Shown here in pieces: positions 1 to 13,900 of a DNA stretch of 64,000 nucleotides. The position numbers and the translations under genes were made by a program. The notes below the pieces were generated by a model, which saw nothing but the letters and a program-made list of their open reading frames with translations, did no database searches and was not told the DNA's origin. The first letter of the stretch is position 1; every line of letters starts with the position of its first letter. The stretch is from Balanoglossus misakiensis (taxonomy: Eukaryota > Animalia > Hemichordata), in assembly GCA_040954595.2 (NCBI GenBank), contig CM082596.2, positions 1,331,854 to 1,395,853 on the forward strand, read 5' to 3'.

Positions 1-1907
1 ATTGAGAAGATCAAGTTCAACACTATTTGGTTGACAGAATAGTAGAAGACAGTAATTATCCATGGCGGTTTCATATTCATTGCCATGAAGTTCTTCAGTG
101 TCTGCATGACTCAAAAACACAGTAACCGTACAATTTCCACAAACAAGAAAACATAGCCATATCAAACAGGAAGAGGACAGAATCAGATTTCTTCTGGTGA
201 CCTCTAAAAAACACCGATGTTCATAAAAAATCAAATGAGGGTAGATCCAGGGCTACCAAAAGTGAAAGAGTAAAACGACAGAGAATACATGGCAAATATC
301 AAAACTTACGGCTATTGGCCTTTTTACATTCATGTTGTAGTGTCACAAAAACGCTCCACATATAAGTGTAAGTGCACAATATTTTGTGTTTGCTGAGCTT
401 TTCTTAACATCTCACTCTTTGCTAACCTTTTATGTGTCCTCTTACATGAGGTATAACACATGTTAGTGTTGACATTCTCACCCGTTATTATGTCATGTTG
501 ATCGACCCACTGAGTTACCACCAAAATGCCACAGTGAAATTATCCTGCCCAATATACATCAAACATGTTTAATTCAAATTTCTAGTCAAATTACTGACTA
601 AATATTTACCTACAGTACATTGTACAGTTTGAAAGGAACGAAAACGTTTTGCACAGCTGAATCACTACAGTTACTTGAGTGGCCAACCTAATAATTGGTA
701 CCCTGGTAATGGTGGAAAGTCAATGGGCAACCAGTACTGTAAGTACATCTATATAATCTCTAAATCACCAAAAGTGTTCATGCAGTTATGTGCACTCTAA
801 GTATTGGAAAAATAACATTCAACTTTGTCATCATAAAATAAATACTTGTTCTGCATATCAACAATAATTCAATATCCCCAAAGAATTTACTTGTCAATAC
901 ATTCAAGTTCGGACTTGTCAGTGATGATTTACACAGGCTTATGTGTAAACTGTATAATTATGTATTGATAAGTCGTACAATCAAAGTATATATTTGTTGA
1001 CCTTTGCTGATTAGTGGACAAGGAACACATTTTTCTTCTCTGGAAATGGTTTTTGAGATGGAATAAAAAGCCCAACCCGGTGACGTGATATTCAGGGGAT
1101 GAGGGGAGTTGTCAAACCAGATGCAAATGTAAACACTGTATGCAGTATAACACAGGACTAGAATCCCCGAGTATATCATTGGTACAGTAACTGTTCATGG
1201 AAAAAGTAGACCGACGGATTTTGATCAGATTGACTTTTGCTCGTTGTATCATACAAATTTGGGCTTGACACTTGTTGTGTTCAGTGATGGGATCCCATAA
1301 AGGGCCAGCTTTTTGGTGATGAACTATGTGAGATGTTAACCTTATAACCCCTGATCCCTATGCTTTCATTCCACACCATTTGTGCCATGCATAACCTGGA
1401 CATTCTCCATGGACTGAAGATCAGTCTGTGATATGAGGCAGGACCCCATTGATATGGAGATGACCCCCGATGTGTGCATCCCATGTTGTGAGTACAGATC
1501 ACCTAGTAAACTGCCCTACCTATTACATACATGACACCCATTGATTAGAAATGAAAACCGCCGAGTTAAAATGACAAGATGACAAGAAACCCCAACAAGA
1601 AGCTACCACTATCTACTAGATATACATAGCAGTTGAAATAACTTGCTCTAAATCTGCTTCATACATTTGTCCAATTTTGTTCCAATTTGAGCACTTGCAT
1701 TTTTGTTAGTAACATTACCTTAAACTTATCTTATGTGTTACCATGGTGAACTCAGGTCAACATGCAATGTCAGAAGGCACCTATTTGCATTTGTCTATCC
1801 ACCTACTTTCCGCAGGCACACACGCACATGTCCACACCCTGAAGGGGCGTGTACGAGGGCTCGGGCAGCAAGGCAGAGGCGACTTGGCAATTCTCTTATA
1901 CCCATAC

Positions 1908-1979
1908 CTTATGAATGACGAGGGTACCCTCAAACATGGCCAACAAATGGGGTGGTTCCTTTCCCATAACGACTCGAAC
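1908..1979 (-). CDS. Villin-like G4 exon, variant B: [24 protein letters not shown] (paralogue of variant A)
   Basis: 72 nt, cag/gtatgg, phase 0-0; aligns without gaps to variant A and to the canonical RVxxGKEPxHL motif. Confidence 0.88.
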
Positions 1980-4900
1980 CTGTTGTCATGTTTACATACG
2001 GAGGAGAAAAGAGACAGAAGATTTGAGGAGTCATAAATATTGAACAGGTGTACACCCGTTCCAAACCTTACCTTGTGTATGATCAATTTGCCCTGAAACA
2101 TAGCGAGAAAATGATTGCATTCCTTGCCCATCACTTGTCGAATCTACAAAAATAAAGTTGTGGTTTAGTTGGTGCGGTTTTAGTCATAACAACCATCACA
2201 ATGGCAGCATTAACATCAGTTTGGACATACGCCATGTAACATGCACGTTTCTGTGATGAGAATGAATATGATGTGTTAGTAGTGCATTTGTGTGTAAGTA
2301 CATACTCCATGATAGATTACAAAATTTACACTATATCAAAAGTACCACCAGTTTCTTAGACTTCGACCAAATACTTCAGAAATGATCGGTGGAATTTTGA
2401 GCAATTTTAACTCTTTCACTGCCAAGTTTTCGTCCAAATCAGTTAAAAATTTGGACCAGGAATGAAAAGATCCAAGCAAAATTAAGGGTAAGTAATTTCG
2501 GTATCTGGGACTAACATCAAACTCAACAAAAATCACAATGTTTTTGCCAATTTGATGATCAACTTCACATGTTCTACAGATGCGTTCTCATGGTGGCAGG
2601 TTTTTAGAGGTTGTTTTAACTTTTATTCAAGTGATCTTCACGGTTAATTATGTTACATGATGTTAGGTATGTTTTTACTGTCAGATGTGTTACATCAATT
2701 AATGGAGCGACAATGTAACATTAAAGTATCTTGTTCCAGGCATTACATGCTATGTTAGAGGAAACAAAATGTTAACAAAAAGAATTTAACAAAAGAATTA
2801 ACATTCCTGTGAGATACATGCACACTACAAGAAAGTGAAGTAAAAATCTGGGATGTTAACAGTAACTGCAGAACTATGGGCTTGGGAGGAAGCAATATTT
2901 CAACACAAAAACTCAAAAGAAAAACTGAACTGTCAACATAATGTGTGTAGCTCATGATACCATGGCAACTGAATGATTGACACTTGCTACAGGTTTAGTA
3001 TTCACGCCATAGTTACATTGTACACCACACTATGTTTCATGTTTCATGCTTTACATTACAACATTACAGGGGGTAGTTGTAAGTTAATAGGATGGGAATA
3101 TTCAACATTACATCTGGTTAGTCAGAGACGGGAACTAATTTTACAATAACCATGTTAAAAACTGTAACATCCATGACAACATTAGTCACATGATTTAGTG
3201 ACAAGACCAGATGACAAGTACATGACGTTACATAATGAATCCATGTGCATATACATTCTCGCAAAAACTGACAGTTATGTGGTTACACAATGACAATGAT
3301 TTCATGTGCATAACAAATACATGCAATGTACACGGTGCATCATCCAAAACAAAATATATAAGACAATCATGCAAACATAAACAACATACAACACACACAA
3401 TACATTCATGCAAGGCTATTAAAAGTTGTCTTAAGTGCATAAACATAGAATTTCGGGTTGTCTGTCTGTGAGCTTAGATTCCCATTACAACGAGATATTA
3501 GTACATGTATGTTAACATCCCCGTCACATTTTCAAAAGTTCCCTAGCAAATAACGCATATTTTTAATCTGGCTTCACATTATTTTGTTCGTTTTAATAAC
3601 TTTGCAAATCTCTGTCACACACACACACGCACGCACACTGAAATAGCTGAGTGGCAAGCATATGCAGCACTTTTAAGCAGAGATAAGTAAGCAATAATGA
3701 CAGAAGCACATGCAATTCTCAGTAAGCTTTGAAGCAAAGAAGCAGACAGCATGTGAATTGTCAGTACAATGAACCCTTTTTCAGTTATCCCACAATGCAT
3801 TGCTGTTGCCTTTCTAACAGGAAGATGAAACACAGCACTGACTTGATGAGAACAAAGCGTGCTGGAGGAACATAGATGCTGCCGAGAAGGCCGTACATAG
3901 TATGAGAAGACATGAACATAGAAGGTTGCCAAGAAGAGACATACATGTAGTGTTATGTTTGACAGGAACATAGTATATTGCAAGGAGATATAGTCAGGCA
4001 AATGTGGTTCAGTTTAATGGCCAGGCAATGTCAGAGCCTGGTAGGACTGTTGAAGAACAGACAATAACGCAACCTGAAGAGAAATTGAAAGAAAGGGTGA
4101 ACATTTCACAGAAAGACAACACTGCAGCCTAGAAAGAAATTTAGAGAGATATGTGTATGTATGAAAGTACAGAGATGGTGTGTTTTACAGAGACAGTGTG
4201 CAAGTGATACGAGACATTAAAACTGCCATTGATATTTGGTGTTAGTCGATGGTGTTAATTTAAAGAGATACAAGTACCATTACAAGTGTGGGCAAGGAAT
4301 GGAGAACACACCTAAGATTCTAATACAGTATATTTAACCATGCATTAATTTTGGAGGATTGAAAGGTTAGAAAGATTAAGAGAAAGTTCTGCTTTCAGCT
4401 CAGAAATGCACTGCGTGGGATTTTTGCGCAATCCATCAAACAGTGATTGATTCTGCAATAAAGACACATAATAGAGAGAGAAGGTAAAATCTAATAGGCT
4501 ATGAATTGAAACAAAGCATGCCTGATTCTCTATAATTTCTATGTTTTGAGCAAATTGCTTTCACAAGCATAGCTATTTTATCACTGCAGAAGTGCAAGGC
4601 TGCCAGTAAAATTGGCTAGATCATCTGATTCTCTCGCACATCGAACACATCCAGACTCAAATTCTCAATACATGTTTCTCTCATCCATTGCGATTTCAAA
4701 ACGTTCAAGTAAAGTGTTGTGAATGTTTGCATGTCAGTCTGTCTATCTGTCTGTATAATGGTTCTGCATTATGTAAAGTGGTGTACTGTTCTGTATGTTT
4801 GTTTGTTTGTTTGTTTGTTTGTTTTGTTTGTCTGTTTACCTGTACTGCAGCCCCTCCCACTTCATCATCCAGTTTCACAGCCATTGCAGCAGATGTGCCC

Positions 4901-7900
4901 TTCTCATCAGGAGTTGAGTCCAATCCCTGTTAATACAAGTACATAGATTGACGTGACTCAAATCCCATAACTCAATACAGAGTGTTAGCTGAAATAAAAG
5001 TGGCCACTATATAGAGATGGTCACTACCACTGGTTTAACTGTACTTATATCGAGACTATACAGTATGATGCATTACATCACAGCTAAAAATGACATTACC
5101 TGCCAATAGTAGACAATGTAGTTTGGTTTTCCGTTGACTTCATAAGTGTACTTGATGATGTAACAGTCACCACCGAAGAACTGGCCGTACAGGTTCTGTT
5201 CCAGAGGTTGCATGTCGAAATCTTCAATCCTGTAGATCTGTCATGGAATGAGAGGAGCAAAACACAATGTCAAATCTCAGTCAGACTCATTTAACAGTCA
5301 GCGATTGACAACATTCATCAAGTTGAAGCTGCAATCATATATATTTATTGACAAAATTGCAGCACCAGGTCTGGTAGCCTGTACTTTACCTTTTATACAT
5401 TAAGGAAACTGATCTTTTGTCTCTCTCTTCTGAACCGATGTGAGTGCATGATGTCTATGTCATATTAGTTTTGCATGGGGGAACAGTATACACATGTTGA
5501 CTGGCCATGAGGGCAACAGCATACGTCTGTAACCCGAGGGAGAACAGGAAAATATAGTAACATACCTCCTTCTTGCCAGTGCCATCATCAACCATTTTGC
5601 TCTGAGCAGCTCTTTCTGGCTCAGCATGCAGACTTGCAGCATCGAACTTGGTCTGCACTGTGTTAGCTGTGTTGGACAAACGGTAGGATGGAGATAGTTA
5701 TTACTACTGTCATGGCAACAATTGGGATTTTACGATGATAGAACTTGCTGAGTCTTCATCTTAGTGCTCTGGTGTGAGAGTGTATCTGTGGACCAGATAA
5801 AATCTGGTCGTATCTGGTTTGTGGTGGTTGATGTCAGGCTAGGAATGTCAGGGTTGGGGGGAACGACAAATTGCCAATAGGAGAACTCTGGAAATGGTGA
5901 CTTCTGTTCACCAGATTTTTAATGGGTGTATACAACTCTCTTGAACAGCGAGTTTGTTTCATACATCCAGATCAGAACTGGTTTGAACTGGTCTGTCATT
6001 CCAGAGTTGACCTACGGCATAATACAAGAGTGTGACGTAAAATGCATCATGTTCTCATGCTGTAACTAAAACCAGGGTTACTGGGGACTACTTTGTGATG
6101 GTTTCAATCCAAGCATGATGATGGTTACCAGGGCAACAATTTTCAGTAATCGGCAAAAGGCACACCGGAATTAACACTTTTGAAGCCATTTCACAGATAT
6201 CTTCAATGAGGAAACCTGCCTACTTAGAACACATCTTCCAGTTACACAAAAGTACAATGTACTTGTTAAGCCTGTTTGACTGAGCTAGTTAAATCAGTAC
6301 ACTGTTGTACTATGGTCAAGAAAATATACTTATACTACATTGGTAGCATATTGTATTTTTACTGGAATTCAGTAAAAGCACGCTCCTTCATATTTACAGA
6401 ATATCTAAGTATCTTGATAAAGTCCTGTTGTTCATGACTTCCACTCCTCACAAGATACAACAATATTTGCAATGATTTACTACGATTTTTTTTTATCTGA
6501 AAACCTGCTCTCATGAACTTTGACTATACACCACTATGAAGTGAAAACCCAGGAATGTCACCATTATGAAACGATTTTGAGAGAAAGTCAAGTTACCGCA
6601 GCAAGTAAAGTTGCATGCATTATGTCCATACCAGAAGATTTCCTTCACCTATGACCTAATCAGAAGGGAACTTGATGAATCGAAAAACACTAGAAAATCC
6701 CAGATCGGTATTCAAGGGTCTGATCCTTTCAAGTACCATCACCAACTACTGCGCAAATGTATTCTCTCATTTTAGCCATAACTGCTTCCTCTTGGCCTTT
6801 TGAAGAGAGAAAAACTGAACCACCCAGATGAAACTTTGGCTTATAAACAGGAACTATCACCACCACCAACAGATAGCGAAGCATTTTGGAAACGCCTACA
6901 GTTGCTGGTAACCATGGCTACAGGTATCCATCACCATGCCCATATAAGGGTACATGAATTGAAATGTAATGACTGCATGCAAGTAGTTGGAGGGGGTATA
7001 CATGAAGTTGAAGAGCATGCAACTACAACAGCTACAGTGTCATCAAAACTTTTATCGAAGCAAGTTTCATCTGCAAGAAAAATTGGATTTCTGATGTAAC
7101 ATGAAGTGTGTTAGATATTAACTGTTAGTTGGATGATTTTTTTTATCATCTATGCATGTTTTTTTCACTCATTTGCCGACTGCCACAGGGGCAGCTGAAT
7201 CCAGCTAGATCTGGTCATAACTGGTTTGAACCACTTACAATCGGCTGGTACATAGAAGTAGCAGATAGTAGCAATGAGACATCAGAAGCAGAAATCGTCA
7301 AAACAAGTCATGAAAAAAAGAGAAAAATATGTTCTTAAATATAAACTCTACACACAATTTTTCAAAAGGAATATTATAACATTAGTAAATTAAAATAACT
7401 TAAAATACAACTGATATAAATTAGTTTTTTGTTCAAAATTTAGTTTTATTATACAACTGGTCTAAATATATTGTTAGTTTTTATGTATGTTCATTCATGT
7501 TAAATCATGCTTTCATAGAACATCAAAGAACACGTTGCCTATAAGAATTTGTCTCCTTATCACCATGGTACCACTTGTTTGGTCATGATTTCTATTCTCA
7601 AAGAATATAAATCATTTGATCTCGTCATGAAATGATCTTACCAAAGTTTTATCAGCATGCAAGTCAATGGTTCAATGCTTTAAAACATGCATTTTTTTCA
7701 ATTGTTAATTTTATCTGAAACAAGCTTATGCTAGTTCATAGCTCATTACCAATTTAATATTATTCACTTTTTATTAATCTTTTTAACAAGTAATCTTAAG
7801 TTTATATAGCTCTCAATCAGGCCAATACAAAGAGTTATTAATTCAAAAGTATTTGTTGTCATGACTACAGATACACATCACTGCAATTCCTTTGTTAAGC

Positions 7901-10900
7901 TCAATCAAATATGCATGTTGATATGAACAAATATTATACTCCAATAAAAGCAAGCATATTTTCCCGCAACTATTGTTGAACTTAAATTCCAATATTTATT
8001 GAGTTGGAACAATCTGTTCTAGATCTATGGAGCTTCAAACTCCATATACTGAAAGAAGATGGGATAACAGAGTACTTTTAAGGAGCTCAATTAATGACAT
8101 AAAAATCAGGGACTAAAAAATACAGGTCTCATATTTCACATCTCTGAGTAATATTTTACCTTTTAGGTCACTAATTGTTTAAAGGAAGTTATAGATGTGG
8201 TCACTGGTGTATATGACAACACATGAATAATTAGACGGAAGAAAATAATAATAAATGTTGAAAAGGTAAATGAAAATGAAAAAGTAATGAAACAGTTAAA
8301 GGAAGATAAAAGCAAAGCGAAGGAAACTACGCAAAGCTGACTGTAAGCAGTGATTTGGATCATGGATTTGGTGAAAGAAAATGATGAGACAAGAGTATAT
8401 GGACTATGCTGGTTCAGCAATCATTTCTTTGTTTGATTCTGTGAATGGAAACGTACAATGACAACCTGAAAGAGATACAATGAATTGTTCTCCAAAGAAG
8501 TATAGAGTTATCACATATAGTTGCTAAAATATAGGAAAGTTGACATTTTTTTCACGTAGAATGAATAGATATGTATGAGCAGAGTTGTTAGCATTGGAAT
8601 AAAGAAATATTTTACGAAATAAACAAGAGATGGGACTTCCTAAACTGGCCCTTATAGACAGGTCAATTAATGCACATGTAAATTGCACAGGGACTGTAAC
8701 GAAGTGGCTACTATATAGAGGTGGCCACTAACACAGGTTTGACTGTAATTACAGACCAATCTTAGAGACACTTACCAATTTTTCCTCTTGTGTATGTCTT
8801 TCCCATTCCACTGATCTCTCCTTTACCCTTCCATGTCTTGAACAAACCCTTGAAAGCAGCTGGTTCAGCGTACTCGATGACAGCTGTGCACTTGGTGTGT
8901 TTAGGGTACTTCTTGGCTGTGATAAAGTTCTAGTGAATCAACAATTAGCCGGTGTTAATCATGCAATGCCATGCAACGAGCTATGGCAAAAAGAGAAAAC
9001 ATAGCTACCATCAACCATACCCCTCCCAACCCCAGCCTACTTCTACAATCTTTGAATCTATTCCCTTCATGTGCCACTACAGACTTGTAGTGAGAACTGC
9101 AGGTAGAAAGACTATTACAACAACTATAAAGCAAAGATTTGTTCAAGAGATTTATAAAGTACAAGAGAATCCTGGAATGGTCATAATTTTAAGTTTGAAA
9201 TACAAACTTTACACTTTCATTGTTCCATGCATGTGAAAGTTTTGAGAAGGGAAGTTATTTCACAGTAAAACAGATATACATGTACAGAACAATAGGCTGA
9301 AACAAATTTTCAGGTAGCAGTGTGAGCTGAAGGCTTGAAAACAAATGTATAAACCATGATCTGAAGGCCTGAAAGCTTATGTACATGTATTGCACTGTGA
9401 TTTGATACAAAGCGGCTCAATATTATGATCTGACAGGTCAAATACATGGTTTAACCGAGCTGAACACAATTCATGGGTTCCATCACCAACGACCAGATGA
9501 TTTGAATTTGCGATGATTTGAGTTCGAAGCCAAACCAGATGATCAGATGGTGATGTAGCACAGGAGTTCATCATTCACTATTACACGTACATCCCACAAA
9601 TAGTAGGTATGCTCCGGAATACTGTGTCATATACCAACTCCTGCAGTGTTCCATGGAAAAGCAACACTGAAGAAGTCGCAGGACAACAGTACAAATAAAA
9701 TACATGTGGATGAACACTCGCACACACAGGAATGTGCTTGTTCATGTACATGCTTTCCTTTGTACTATAGTCCTTTCTATCATTCCTGAATGTCGCACAA
9801 AAAGCAGATTGTACACTCATTCAAAATTTGCTGTGGCAGCATGCATATATGTGGGTATTATCAGACATGATACAAACCGTGTCCAAGTGATATCTAGGAA
9901 CTACCTTTGTGTTACATACATTAGGCGGCATCGCAGGTGATAATGCTATATGTACAGTTAAAATGCTGTTGTCTGCATCGTACGACAGAAGCTCCATCTG
10001 GCAGTGCTTGTGTCAAAGTCCTTGGAAAGCCGAGCTCCTTGCCGTTTATGTCATTCCAGCTTTATTTTGTGCGGGATATCTCGGGATGTTTTTAAGTTTG
10101 GGACATCCAGTGTGATCAGAACATATCTGCCATAATACCACTTTGTCAAACGTTCTTTTCTGACAACTGGTAGGTCAAGACTGAAGTGACAAACTGAAGG
10201 ATATTTACACACAACAAACATACTTGTACATACACACCCACCCACACCCACATACACCATCCATAATCACTACACACCCATGCTCAAATACTCATCACAT
10301 AGTCATCACATTCATTTTTCTATTACAGATAAACATACAAATACTTTCATTCTTTAGCAATGGAAGAATTTGAAAATCTGCAGGTCCATCCAGTCCCTCA
10401 CAATGTTTGTTTTTCATTCAACGAAATTCAAAAGAAAGGCCATGTTCCTTTTCCTCACATACAAACACTCCATTCCTTACACATTGACACAGACAGTCTT
10501 GACCACCCAGCTACATCAGGAGTTATGGTGGCACTGTTCAATACTTGTGCTGTATGCTTGAATTGATGAAAACAACACCAGAATGTCAGTTTGTTTGGAT
10601 GCATGAGGGAATATGAAAAATCAAGTTCTGGGTGCATGAATGATTTTTGTGAAATGGGAGGGAGTTGTAAAATATTGGGTGTGGCTGTATGGAATTCTGA
10701 TGTATTGGTTATGTCGGCATGAATGGTCATGTGATATCTTGGTTTGGTTAAAAAATGGGTTTGGTTTGGTTTGATTTGGTTACAGATATGTCTATCAAGC
10801 ATAGGTGTTTGTTTAGTTTATATAGACACCGACAGACAAGCAAATGATGTCTGTCAGCTGTTGTGATGGAACATGACTGCATGCTTAGATTGATATTAGT

Positions 10901-13900
10901 CTTCTCATTATGTCAAAAGCTATTTGCATCTGTCTATGAAGTGTGTTCAAATAAAACCGGACAGACAAATCATCTCTGAATGATGGCATAAAATTACATA
11001 AATTGATATTTCAACACACATTCATAGACTGGTCAATGCTTTGAACATATCTGAAGTAGTTTGTTTATCATGACAAGTGTTATCATGCATGAAACTTTAT
11101 GCAGTGAAACTCCTGACAACATTTACCATAAGTCTTGATAAAATACCACAAGATAAAGTCTTTTAAAAGTTAGGGTAATACCTTAATGTCTCGCACAACT
11201 AAATCCCCAACATTTCTTTATATGGCCTGGAGTTAAACACCTGTATGTTTGTGATGAGACTAAATCTGCTATGCAATGCATTATGTATGAGCAGCTTAGC
11301 AACTGGCATAATTCAGAATTGGTAGGCTTGAGGCATATCTGGCAATGTATCTTAAGTTTACAGAAAGTTCACGTTTTTCTGTGTAAATGCATCTTCTGTA
11401 AATCTGCATTTTCACAATTTAAAAAGTGCAAATAACACTTGCAATGATTAAAGTTGTCCATAGATATGGAATTGGGAACTACAAATACAATGTATCTGAT
11501 CATTTATGTCTCAAGCCAACCAATAATGAGGTTTATACATGGAACACATGACTGGTGTAGTGATATACGGTCAAATGCTTAATTCATGATCAATGCTTTA
11601 TGCATGCATGTTACAACCATGCACAACATACTGTTAACACATGCACAACACATGGTTTAGTTAGGTGCACACATGGTCAACACATGCAACAGTTAACATG
11701 TCGTGTGTGTACATATGAATCTGATTCAGTTTCCACGTAAAGTGATTTCGTTTTGTTCTTGCAAGTGAAATGAATGAATGTGTTTTGTGGGCTGACATTC
11801 CAGGGAGGGGGACATGGAAAACAAGCGGGAATACTACTGGAATTGGGAAAAGCACAAGGAACAGATAACAGAGACAGAGGAACAACATAACAGTCTTTAG
11901 AAGAAGGGTTAGTAATTAATCAAGAGAAAGTTATGAGAAAGATTAGCAGAGACCTAAGTAAGAACCCTAGAAACCAAGATTTCTATTTAAGAATAAAGAT
12001 GAAATTGTTTGAGAATATTACTGTTTTCCCATACCCTTACTTCTAACTTATATCTATTTCAGCAACATTGTCAAAAAGATGCATAATAGTACCCATATTA
12101 ATTGGTTCAAAGGCAGGCTCGTTGTGAAGGAGATGATGTCTTAAGATCCTCATTGTTTTAATCTGGGAAATTACTTGTTTTTATGTTTTGAACATGTTCA
12201 CGAAAACAGAATTTGACAATCACAAAATACCATTATTTTGTTCCTTTTCACTCAAAGTACTTGGTTTCACATCATACTCCATAACACCAACCTTCCTTTA
12301 ATTCACTCACTTCAAAGAGGAACTTGCCAAATTAAAATATATTATCAGAAACCCAAACCCTTACCACATGACATGCCTTTATCTTTTTTACATGTGATTT
12401 TTTTAAGAATTGTAAGAAGTTTTTAGAAGAGACAGAGAGACAGACAGAAAGGACATCAGAAAGAAGAGACTCTCAAAGAACACACAGTCTGACAGAAAAA
12501 TTTAACAAGGACATGTAAGGAAGTAAAGGATAGTAATAATAGAAATGGGGTGGGGAAGATAATTTAGGGTGTGTGCTTTGATTGGACAGTGCCCCCCTAA
12601 CATGAGAACATTTTGTTGTAATATTAAGTAGACATGTCCTTCAACAGACTGGGGAGTCCCAGGGCCACCTAAGATAGTGCGCTAGACTAGATACAGCTTT
12701 TTCAGACGCCAATATATTGAGAAACAGAGAAATGACTGTTACCATGGCGTTCTCAAAAGCCCTATCTTTTTCTGCTTTGGTGGCATTCTTTCCCTTCCAC
12801 ACCCAGATACCAGCGGGTCCTTGGTCGATGATGAAACAGTCCTGTTGATGAGAGGAAAAAAAGATAATTAAGATAAAGTATTTCAAAACTGGGTGATTAA
12901 ACGAGGGCTCTTAAACTTAAGATACATACACATATACAAAAGAACAATGGACAGTACAATATATTTGTGAAGTATTTTGATCATAAACTTTACTTACACT
13001 TGAATCAAGATATGACTGGGCAAGTGGGCGACTGGCAATTTCTGTCAGCACTAATGAACCACTCTGGTCTGATACTCTGAAAAGATAAAATGGTTCAAGT
13101 TGAGGTTCATGTAGTATTTGCCTCAGAGACAGATTTTCAGCGAAATGATAGTCCTTGAAACTTTCCATTTCTTTGTTATGTTAAAATGTCTTTTTGAATA
13201 CCACGAATAAAACAGGGTGACTTTACCTGGTTTTATTCGCGCTAATGTCATTCAAGAAGTGATTCCAAAAATGACAACTCTATTAAAGAAACTCACTTGT
13301 ACATCTTGGTCTGTGCCTGCACATTACGTTCAAAGGCAGAATCATCATCAACGGCTGATGCAGGGGCAATTGCTTGTTTCTCTCCCATCACAGTCATGAA
13401 GTCTTTGTCATAACTTCTGTCGTTTTCTTCAACCACCATAATCTGGGCACGGCCACCGCGCTCACTGTCACGGACACGCTTGCATGTTTCCATACCCTAA
13501 CAACACAAAATTACTTCAAATCAGTACCATGTTAAGAGCAATAACTTTCTTTGAATAAATCGACAGCATCACAATGTTTTAATCATGAAATGGATCTTTT
13601 TCAACTCCACATCTTTCCACAGAAATGAAAACTTACCTTGAGTTTTTCCCAACGGTTCGCCTCAGACCCGTTCCACTGGATGATCTTTTTGCCGAGATCC
13701 AGAATAAAGACATCTCCTTTGTTGAGTGAACTCCATCCGATGGGGACCTCATTAATCCTAGGGGTTCTCTTGCCCTTGACTCTCAGCATTCTGTTCTCAT
13801 GAGCGTTGCGGTCAACGTGCTTGAATCCTGTGGCCATACCACCAGGCTTGTACCTAGGGGGGTAGAAACACATCTATGGTGAACACTTCACAATCCTCCA

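Noticed and set aside
1281-1502. 73-aa ORF starting at an in-frame ag|GTG, as an alternative last villin exon
   Set aside because: The acceptor is purine-rich and the peptide has no gelsolin similarity.
1781-2071. Read-through extension of the 117-aa ORF beyond exon A
   Set aside because: It crosses the donor at 2071 and reads exon B out of frame; the two-exon model explains it.
2747-2749. Possible 3-nt microexon (tag|CAT|gtaatg) after a U-rich tract
   Set aside because: The donor is mediocre and it would insert a residue inside a conserved strand; not supportable without reads.
5730-6011. Long minus-strand frame with a single internal TAA
   Set aside because: Wrong phase for the upstream exon, no recognisable homology, and interrupted by a stop.
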